Assembly (NCBI GenBank): GCA_964568355.1
Contig: CAZMRK010000030.1
Coordinates: 1 to 51,638, forward strand
Length of the DNA: 51,638 bases
Direction of reading: 5' to 3'
Source: an uncultured Solibacteraceae bacterium
GTDB taxonomy: Bacteria > Acidobacteriota > Terriglobia > Bryobacterales > Bryobacteraceae
The position numbers and the translations under genes are program-made. The notes under the pieces are model-generated. The model saw only the letters and a list, made by a program, of their open reading frames with translations, was not told where the DNA came from and made no database searches. Numbering within the stretch: the first letter of the stretch is position 1; each line of letters begins with the position of its first letter. Positions 45,383 to 51,638 of this stretch are shown here, piece by piece.

Positions 45383-47221
45383 CTATGCCATGCCTTCGAT
45401 GCGCCGGCGGCAGAGGTCCAGCGCCTCCACTGTCATCTGCCGCGTTTCATCGCTCAGCTGGATGGCCTTCGGAACTGCGATCCCGTCGAGCGCCCCGCGC
45501 AGTCGCTGCACAACCTCATCCACAGCGCCTTCCGCGTCGCCGGCCCGCAGACCAGCAGTCGTCGCCAACGCCTCGAAGTCAGCGCGACGGAGGTTATCAT
45601 CCTTGCCGTTGAGCTTAAGCGCGAGGCGGTCATGTCTCAGCTTCGGGAAGACACGTGTCGTCACGGCATCGTAAAGCGGCGCAAGCCGCACGGTGCGGAA
45701 CTGCCTGTCGTCCGGCTCGGCGGTCTTGAGCAGCGCCATGTTTTTGAGATGCATGTCCCCGTCGGCGATCAGCCAGGCGAAGACCGCGCGCTTCACGATG
45801 ATGAGCAGATCCTCTTCGGGGGCCGTGGACAGCGGGCGGACGGCGCGTGCGACGCGCTCCATGGTGCTGTCGTACTTCGCGCTCGTCGGCAGATCCAGAA
45901 CGGAGCACATGTCTTCCAGCGCCAGAAATCGCGTGTCGGCATTGCTCTCGCGAATATCGAAGCGCTCGACAAGGAGTGCCGGCGGCATCCTGTCCGGCAT
46001 GGCGACAAGCGCGGTCTCCGGCGCTTCGAAGCCGGCCGCCCGGCCGAGTTCCATCGCCATCCACTCCACGACCGGCAGTGCATCATAGCCGCTGGTCCCG
46101 GCGGGCTTGAGGATATGGGTGAACGGCTTTCCGGTCGCGGGCGAGAGAACGCCCTTTTCATCAAGGCACATGGGCGCCTTGATCTGCACGCCCGAGAGGC
46201 GCGGCGTATCCGCGCGCGCGTAAATCTGCGCGAGGGTGCGCTCGAAGTTCTTCTCGATTTCGCCCCGGCCGGGTCCTTCGTAGGCGCCGGTAAAGACGCC
46301 GCCTTTGGTATAACCGGCCAGCGGCCTCAGGAGGACGTCCTGCGGTAGCTGCCTGAGCTCCGACTCCTGTTCAACAATCGTGATATTGGACGTGTAGCGC
46401 TTCCCAGACCGCAGCAGCGCGCGCTCGTCCTTGTCCTGGAGAACCTGCTCCAGCCAGCCTTCCGGCAGCAGCGAGACGATGAACGGCGGCAGTCTGCCGG
46501 GCGTTGTCTGCCGAATGAGCGGCGGCCCGTCGACCTCGCCCGGCTTCCACCGCCACTCGAACCCGTCGTGAATCAGGCGCCCCAGAGGCACGCCGTGCCA
46601 GGCGACGATGAGATCCAGCGCCGCCTCGTTCTTTGCGGGCGCAGCGCTCGGCCGTCGCAGCAGGTAGCGCTCCGCCGCCTCCCCCTCGCGATACCACTCG
46701 TTTTCGCGCGCCAGTGTCCAGACCGCATCGGCCGCGCCTTGTGCAGAGCCATATTCCTCGATCAGGCGCGCAGCAATCGAGCCCCGCATGTCGTCATTGA
46801 TCGATGCCGCGTGCTCACTGCGCAGACGGAATGCCTCAAGGAAGCGCTGGCGGATTGATGAGACGGCAATCCGGAACTCGCCCATGCCGTCGTCGATGAC
46901 GCCCTCGCCGACGGATGGATGCGCTGGGGCCTCGTTCTGGATGATTTCCAGTGCACGGATGCGGGTGCGTTGCTTGCGCCTGGCGCTCAGAAAAAGACGT
47001 CCGTCCGGGGTTGGCCCGAGCAGGACGGCGCTCGCGGCCGACAGGTAAGCTTGGGGGTAGAGATATTTGGCGATACGGACGGCGTGCCGGAGGACGGTGA
47101 CTTCGATGTCGTCTTCCGCGTCGACGTAGATGCCGCGCATGAGCTGAACGAGTTTCCCGGTTTCGGCCCGGTAGTGGCTGCGGGTCTTGTCGATCGTTTC
47201 GCCAACGAGGTGTAGCGCCAT
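45383..47221 (-). CDS. HipA-family Ser/Thr kinase toxin homologue with a ~190-aa N-terminal AbiEi-like extension
   Basis: The protein is 612 aa. From about residue 200 it has LDLIVAWHGVPLGRLIHDG (HipA coupling domain), LSGVQIKAPM (Gly-rich loop), DGDMHLKNMALL (catalytic loop) and APLYDAVTT. Residues 1 to about 190 are extra. They include GKLVQLMRGIYVD and AKYLYPQAYLSAASAVLLG..LFLSARRKQ. Confidence 0.88.
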   Translation of the reverse strand: MALHLVGETIDKTRSHYRAETGKLVQLMRGIYVDAEDDIEVTVLRHAVRIAKYLYPQAYLSAASAVLLGPTPDGRLFLSARRKQRTRIRALEIIQNEAPAHPSVGEGVIDDGMGEFRIAVSSIRQRFLEAFRLRSEHAASINDDMRGSIAARLIEEYGSAQGAADAVWTLARENEWYREGEAAERYLLRRPSAAPAKNEAALDLIVAWHGVPLGRLIHDGFEWRWKPGEVDGPPLIRQTTPGRLPPFIVSLLPEGWLEQVLQDKDERALLRSGKRYTSNITIVEQESELRQLPQDVLLRPLAGYTKGGVFTGAYEGPGRGEIEKNFERTLAQIYARADTPRLSGVQIKAPMCLDEKGVLSPATGKPFTHILKPAGTSGYDALPVVEWMAMELGRAAGFEAPETALVAMPDRMPPALLVERFDIRESNADTRFLALEDMCSVLDLPTSAKYDSTMERVARAVRPLSTAPEEDLLIIVKRAVFAWLIADGDMHLKNMALLKTAEPDDRQFRTVRLAPLYDAVTTRVFPKLRHDRLALKLNGKDDNLRRADFEALATTAGLRAGDAEGAVDEVVQRLRGALDGIAVPKAIQLSDETRQMTVEALDLCRRRIEGMA

Positions 47222-47227
47222 GCTAAT

Positions 47228-47318
47228 CTTCCCGTACTTCAGGTACGACTAGGTTAGCACTGGCGACCCGACCGTTTCAATAGAAATTAAACTTTCCCGT
47301 ACCTGAGGTACGGGAAAG
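47228..47318. promoter_or_regulatory. two related palindromic operator-like sites upstream of the HipA-like gene
   Basis: The distal site is CTTTCCCGTACC-TGA-GGTACGGGAAAG (47292..47318), with perfect 12-bp arms. The proximal site is CCCGTACTTCAGGTACGAC (47231..47249) and matches the distal core at 15/19 positions in the same register. It overlaps the GGGAAG Shine-Dalgarno region of the ATG at 47221. The two centres are 65 bp apart. Confidence 0.6.
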
Positions 47319-47810
47319 ATAGCCTCTGGCGCTGTCAACTTTGGTTTCAACCGTCGCGTGGTTTCGCCACCGGTTCGCCGTTTGTTTTCAACAACTTGCT
47401 TATCTGCGAGAGGGTTTTATTCCAATGTTTTTGGGGATTTTCCTAGACAAGATGGTTTGACAGGCCTTGAGGGCTGCAAGTGCCTGATTCGCCGAAGGTT
47501 GTTTTTTCTCAAAGTTCAACGTGGCCGCCCATGGAAGCGAGTGCAAAACGGCCTTTTCCACAGCCTGTCAGTTCGGGCAGTTGACAGGCCCGCCGCGTGT
47601 TATGACTGCTCGCTTTCGTGCTACTAATTGCAGATCACCTTACGTATCAACAAATTACCTCTGAGCTGAGCGATCGCACCGGGCGAACGGATCTTGGGGG
47701 CCGCGCTTAACGCGCCCGCCAACAAAGGCCACTCTGTCAATCAGATTTTGATATATGCGTTCTTGGCTGGCCAAGCGCATCCTTATGAGAACAAGCGAAC
47801 AGGCATAATC

Positions 47811-47840
47811 TGTCAGAAGTATGCTATGATTTTTCTGACA
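47811..47840 (+). promoter_or_regulatory. inverted repeat (TGTCAGAA-N14-TTCTGACA) immediately upstream of the AbiEi gene; candidate autoregulatory operator
   Basis: The arms lie at 47811..47818 and 47833..47840. The spacer contains the -10-like TATGCTATGAT. The repeat ends 4 nt before ATG 47845. Confidence 0.5.
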
Positions 47841-47844
47841 AACC

Positions 47845-48441
47845 ATGAACACCATTGCGAAAATGATCGTCGCGCGAGCCAAGCGGCACGGAGCCGGTTG
47901 GGTGTTCTCTGCCAAGCACTTAACCGATCTCGGCGACCGCGCGGCAATTGATCAGGCACTCAGCCGCCTAGCCAAGGACGGTCGAATTCGTCGTCTGGCC
48001 CGTGGGCTTTACGACTTGCCGAAAATCCACCCCGTCCTTGGTCCGCTCTCGCCAAATCCAGACGCCGTGGCGGCTGCCGCCGCAGAGCAGGCCGGCCACC
48101 GTCTTCAGATTTCTCCCGCACGTGCTGCCAACGTGTTTGGGCTTTCGTCGCAGGTGCCGGCGAAGGCGGTATATCTGACCGATGGCAGTTCGCGACGCAT
48201 CAAGATCGGGAATCAGGTGGTCTATCTGAAGCACGCGGGGCCGCGTGCCCTGCTCGGCTCCGGCACCCAGGCTGGTGCCGCACTTCAGGCGTTGAGAGCA
48301 GTTGGCAAAGACCACATAAACGACGGCGTTGTGCAGCAGCTCCGTTCGACGCTCCCGTCCGATGCCAAACACGGCCTTCGCAAGTTGATGCACCAAGCTC
48401 CGCAATGGACGGCGCCGGTCATCGCCGCCATCACCGCATAG
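47845..48441 (+). CDS. AbiEi-family (type IV TA) antitoxin / transcriptional regulator
   Basis: The 198-aa protein has VFSAKHLTDLGDRAAIDQALSRLAKDGRIRRLARGLYDLPK (wHTH ending in RGxY), followed by the AbiEi C-terminal-type domain. Its TAG stop abuts the ATG of the AbiEii gene (TAGATG). Confidence 0.82.
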   Translation: MNTIAKMIVARAKRHGAGWVFSAKHLTDLGDRAAIDQALSRLAKDGRIRRLARGLYDLPKIHPVLGPLSPNPDAVAAAAAEQAGHRLQISPARAANVFGLSSQVPAKAVYLTDGSSRRIKIGNQVVYLKHAGPRALLGSGTQAGAALQALRAVGKDHINDGVVQQLRSTLPSDAKHGLRKLMHQAPQWTAPVIAAITA

Positions 48442-49466
48442 ATGAACAAGTTCGCTTTGCTCCCTGCTGCTGATCGGGCGGCCGTCCTGCAGGAGACTGC
48501 CGCGAGAATGGGGATTGGGTCTCCAGCAATCGTTGAAAAGGACTTTTGGGTATGCTGGACGCTCGGCCAGATCTTCACGGCCGACTCGCTACCCGGACCA
48601 TTATTCAAAGGCGGCACCTCGTTATCGAAGGTCTACGGAATCATCGCCCGCTTTTCAGAAGACGTCGACATTGTCCTCGACCGACATGTGCTGGGCTTCG
48701 AAGGCGATGGTGACCCAATTAATATCACCGGCACAAACCGACGCAACCGCCGCCTCGACGAGCTCGCGGCCGCGTGCTCGCAGACTGTCCAAGGTCAGTA
48801 CGCGACGCGCTCCAGAAGCGTTTCCAATCGGAACTGGGTAATGCGGGTTGGTCGATAACTCCAGATCCTGCCGATCGGGATGGTCAGAGTCTTCTGTTCG
48901 CATATCCCGTTGGCCTCGAGCCACGGCTCTATGGAGCGGTAGGTTACATCCATCCCGTCGTCCGACTCGAATTCGGATGCCGCGGAGATATCTGGCCGAC
49001 GGAGCACCGCACGATCCAAGCTTACGTAGCTGAGCAGTTTCCGGACCTTTTCGGATGGGCTGAATGCTCGGTTCACGTGCTTCGTCCCGAACGGAAGTTT
49101 TGGGAAAAAATCACGCTGCTCCACGCCGTCACGCATTCCGGCAAGACGCCACCACGCCTTTCTCGCCACTACTATGATGTCTCTCGAATGTACCGGCACG
49201 ATGTCGGCCCCCAGGCGATGGCCGATCCGGCTTTGCTGGAAGCTGTTGTTAAGCACAAGAGTGTCTTCTTCAGAGAGGCTGCGGCGAGATACGATTTGGC
49301 AGTGCCAGGCTCGCTGAAAATCGTTCCTGGCGACGAACTGGAGCGGGCTGTTCGCCGCGACTACCGGGAGATGCAGGAAATGTTTTTCGGGGAAGCGCCG
49401 GCGTTCGATGACGTCCTCTCGGACATTCGCGAGATCGAGCAGCGAGTGAACTCCAAGCCGGTTTGA
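48442..49466 (+). pseudogene. AbiEii/AbiGii-family nucleotidyltransferase toxin, interrupted by one frameshift
   Basis: Part 1 (48442..48858) contains EKDFWVCWTLGQIF...LFKGGTSLSKVYGIIARFSEDVDIVL, the nucleotidyltransferase core. Part 2 (48774..49466, another frame) continues with RLEFGCRGDIWPTEH...KFWEKITLLHAV...LSRHYYDVSRMY. The frames overlap at 48774..48858. The switch most plausibly lies near 48795..48800. Confidence 0.8.
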
Positions 49467-49519
49467 ATACCGGCTGAGCGCGTTCACCCAGCGGAGAAAG
49501 CCCAATCGCGCTCACGGTA

Positions 49520-49888
49520 TTAGTAGCGTCGGACGTTGCTGCATTTGAAGAAATTGTGCTGCTGCTCCCGAACGGAATCTGCCGAGGACTGTGAGGACGG
49601 CGTTACCCGGTTAGCCATCGTAGCCAACTGTCGGCGTAACCGAAGATTCTCAGCCTCAAGTTCCTTCACCCTCTTCTGCAGGGCTTGAACTTCGATATTC
49701 GGTGATTGGGTCGCGGTTCGGCGATCGTCCTGACCTTTTGTCCTCGATTTCCGAACGGGCGTGGCAGACGGCTCTTCGGCTTGTCGATTTCGTTGCGCGA
49801 GCATGCGTGCCTTCATCTCCGCGGCGCGACGTTCAAACTCTTCCTTACGCATCGAGCGAATTGTATCGCCTCTCGGGTCCCGGAGCAC
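49520..49888 (-). CDS. hypothetical basic coiled-coil protein
   Basis: 122-aa ORF (GTG 49888; ATG 49852 is an alternative). It contains MRKEEFERRAAEMKARMLAQRNR and the heptad-like ALQKRVKELEAENLRLRRQLATM. I recognise no family. Confidence 0.45.
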   Translation of the reverse strand: MLRDPRGDTIRSMRKEEFERRAAEMKARMLAQRNRQAEEPSATPVRKSRTKGQDDRRTATQSPNIEVQALQKRVKELEAENLRLRRQLATMANRVTPSSQSSADSVREQQHNFFKCSNVRRY

Positions 49889-50010
49889 GCCGCGGCGGCT
49901 TTTGAGGGGTGGCGCGGTATTTCAGGATCCGGCTTCTGCCGCTGGCGGACGAAGGGTGCATAGGTAGCACTGGTGGGGTTGGGGGTTGCTCCCGTGCTGT
50001 GCAGGGGAGG

Positions 50011-51033
50011 ATGCTGGTGTGTGTTATGTGGAACGAGGAATTGGAACGCCGCGCCACACGCATGCGTGAGCGATACAGTGGCTCGGCGAGCACCACCACG
50101 GATACTGAGGGCATTCGCCGCCCACGCGCAGGAAAGGCGCGCTCCTCGACTAGTGTCGCAACAACTCGCCGGCCGACGATCATTGTGCCGGGGTTGCCCG
50201 AGGTTAGTCCGCATGCGCTCCTGCAAGGGGTGTGGAAGCAAGTACACACGAATGCACTCCTGTCGGCCTTGGGCGACGTTGATCCGCTGGTAGTGCGCAC
50301 CGCGCGCAGCATTGGTAAACAACAGGTTGGGTTCGACGGGCTGGTCTCACTTGCCGGGTCCGGCCTGCTCGAGGTGGCAGCCAGTACACCGTCGCTACCC
50401 CTGGCGCTCCAGTTGTATCACGTGCTCTTGGTCAAGGTGCGCGAACGCGGAGGTGAGGTAACCGTCACGGACGGGACGGTCATCCGCTGGAGGGGTGAAG
50501 CGGTCAGAATCCGGTTGCGCGAACATAGTGAGCGCCGTGAAACAACGAGTACCGACAGCTACCGCTCAAACACCTATCACCCCACGGGACGCCTTTCGTT
50601 TGCGGTTGTGCCCGAAATCGGTGGCGAATGCAGAATGCCGGTCACGGACGCGCAGGACGTCGAGAGCTTCCTCAACAAGGTCGACCGACTCATCAATCGC
50701 CTTCCACGCCTGCGTGATGAGCGAGCACGACGCGAACGCGAGCAGGAGGAGTGGCGAGCGCAGCTGAATAAGCGCATCGAACAAGAGCAGCACGAACGAC
50801 GGCAATGGAGGGAGCAGCAGGAGAAGTTCGACCGGCTCACAAATGACGTCGATCAGTGGAGTAAGGCGGAACGCGTCCGAGCATACGCTGCCGCAGCCGA
50901 GGCGTACCTCAGCAAAGATGGACCGATCGAACGCGGCAGCCACGTCGATGGCTGGCTGCGATGGATGCGCTGGTACGCGGATCATCTGGATCCCATCACG
51001 AGGCCCGACGGGCCACAGCAGGCCCCCGATTAG
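50011..51033 (+). CDS. hypothetical protein with a charged coiled-coil and conserved-looking C-terminal W-rich motif
   Basis: The track ORF is 49909..51033. ATG 50011 and ATG 50026 are more plausible starts. The protein contains ERARREREQEEWRAQLNKRIEQEQHERRQWREQQEKFDRL and then DQWSKAERVRAYAAAAEAYL...GWLRWMRWYADHLDPI. It resembles uncharacterised proteins seen in mobile regions of other bacteria, which is recollection only. Confidence 0.6.
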   Translation: MLVCVMWNEELERRATRMRERYSGSASTTTDTEGIRRPRAGKARSSTSVATTRRPTIIVPGLPEVSPHALLQGVWKQVHTNALLSALGDVDPLVVRTARSIGKQQVGFDGLVSLAGSGLLEVAASTPSLPLALQLYHVLLVKVRERGGEVTVTDGTVIRWRGEAVRIRLREHSERRETTSTDSYRSNTYHPTGRLSFAVVPEIGGECRMPVTDAQDVESFLNKVDRLINRLPRLRDERARREREQEEWRAQLNKRIEQEQHERRQWREQQEKFDRLTNDVDQWSKAERVRAYAAAAEAYLSKDGPIERGSHVDGWLRWMRWYADHLDPITRPDGPQQAPD

Positions 51034-51353
51034 AAAATGCGCTGGTTTGCTGATTGACCGATCAAACCGCCATCTTGCAAGAAGAAATGGAGCATTTTTC
51101 TTGCGAGAGCAGGCCTTGGCGCCACCGATTTCCCGCCTCTCTCGGCTGTCAACTACCCGTTTCCTATCGGCCAACATTCGCCTTTTATTTTCAATAGGTT
51201 AAATATTGTTAGCGCCGGAATAAAATGACTCCACTTTAGCCGCTTTTGGCGCTGCCACCACCGGCCCTGGCGGCCGGCGGGCACACGACAGCGCCAGCCG
51301 CCGGCGAGCGGTCCGGCGACCTGGGGCCCAGTTTATTCCCTGCCGTGAGGCGA

Positions 51354-51638
51354 TCAAACCATATGTGGTTGTCCCGCGCCGTCAGCAGGAGCAGGAACTG
51401 TGGAAGATCGGCCGTGCTTGGTATCCGGCTTGATGGACTCGACAACCAGGTAGAGTTTGTCGGCGCTGTTGACCTTCCCTGAGACGCAGTAGTATTGGCC
51501 CAATGCGGGTGCGTGGGATTTGGTGAAGTCATGCAGCCGATAAACACGGCGTGTCGAGTCGTCCCTCATGAGCAGGACGGCACAGGTGCGGTATTCCATC
51601 CGGGAGAGTAGGAGCAGGTGATTGGCGCTGAAGTTGAA
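51354..51638 (-). CDS. hypothetical protein (possibly 5'-partial; frame open to the right window edge)
   Basis: The track ORF 51354..51599 begins MEYRTCAVLLMRDDSTRRVYRLHDFTKSHAPALGQYYCVSGKVNSADKLYLVVESIKP. The same frame has no stop up to 51638 (FNFSANHLLLLSR-M...). I recognise no family. Confidence 0.35.
   Translation of the reverse strand, partial: FNFSANHLLLLSRMEYRTCAVLLMRDDSTRRVYRLHDFTKSHAPALGQYYCVSGKVNSADKLYLVVESIKPDTKHGRSSTVPAPADGAGQPHMV

Noticed and set aside
43417-46348. The + strand ORFs 43417..44385 (322 aa) and 45326..46348 (340 aa)
   Set aside because: They are shadows of the minus-strand membrane-protein and methyltransferase remnants and of the HipA-like gene. Composition is Arg-rich and no motifs are present.
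47457-47590. Repeated TTGACAGGCC 10-mer (47457 and 47581) and the 8-bp dyad GCCTGTCA/TGACAGGC (47563..47589) in the HipA/AbiE intergenic region
   Set aside because: A single 10-mer repeat in about 620 bp is not far from chance by my rough estimate. No matching -10 elements lie at proper spacing. I noted it but did not call it a feature.
47358-47915. ORFs 47358..47627 (+, 89 aa) and 47655..47915 (-, 86 aa) as possible HipB/HipS-type partners of the kinase
   Set aside because: Neither has a helix-turn-helix or HipS-like pattern. The first is on the wrong strand for an operon with the kinase. The second overlaps the AbiEi promoter and start. Both have odd composition.
1-51638. Search by eye for CRISPR arrays, tRNA/rRNA genes, integrases, transposases, reverse transcriptases and IS ends
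   Set aside because: I found no regularly spaced 25-40-bp repeats and no T-loop (GGTTCGAATCC-like) motifs in intergenic DNA. No DDE, tyrosine-recombinase or RT motifs appear in any ORF. A proper scan (tRNAscan or Infernal) would be needed to exclude small RNAs.

Overview
GC-rich bacterial chromosomal segment. It looks Acidobacteriota-like: three TonB-dependent receptors have carboxypeptidase-regulatory-like N-termini and terminal-Phe beta-signals, and many hydrolases carry Sec or Tat export signals. From 1 to about 41 kb the window holds compact, mostly ordinary metabolic loci. (i) Two TonB-dependent receptors flank a secreted discoidin-domain protein and a Tat-lipoprotein FAD oxidase. (ii) A stand-alone 5'-3' exonuclease, a sulfatase, an LssY-like protein and a secreted cupin follow. 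(iii) An ECF41/SigJ-type sigma factor is followed by a PAS-GAF sigma-54 activator. Downstream of the activator lie a candidate UAS and -24/-12 promoter, then a perhydrolase/SDR/NmrA/Rieske gene set. (iv) A minus-strand array encodes a ROK regulator, a tandem alpha/beta-hydrolase, a GH42-like protein, an M20 peptidase and an APC permease, divergent from a third TonB-dependent receptor. (v) A four-gene operon (dehydrogenase, lactonase, dehydratase, aldolase) matches an oxidative non-phosphorylative sugar pathway. (vi) A rearrangement scar contains a 5'-truncated DegT aminotransferase and a half sodium:solute symporter fused in frame to an aldo/keto reductase, followed by an amidohydrolase_2 gene. 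From about 41.2 kb to the right edge the window is a mosaic accessory region. It holds a phased TTTCGAC(G) repeat array and an auto-inhibited Fic gene. It also holds three gene remnants or fragments (Hsp70-like, tape-measure-like membrane protein, beta-class DNA methyltransferase). Next come a monocistronic 612-aa HipA-family kinase with an unusual AbiEi-like N-terminal extension and palindromic operators, and an AbiEi/AbiEii module with a frameshifted toxin. Uncharacterised coiled-coil genes close the window. I found no rRNA, tRNA, CRISPR array, integrase or transposase. The best candidates for something undescribed are the fused HipA-like kinase with its operators and the repeat array upstream of Fic. 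All family calls come from motif recognition by eye; no searches were run.
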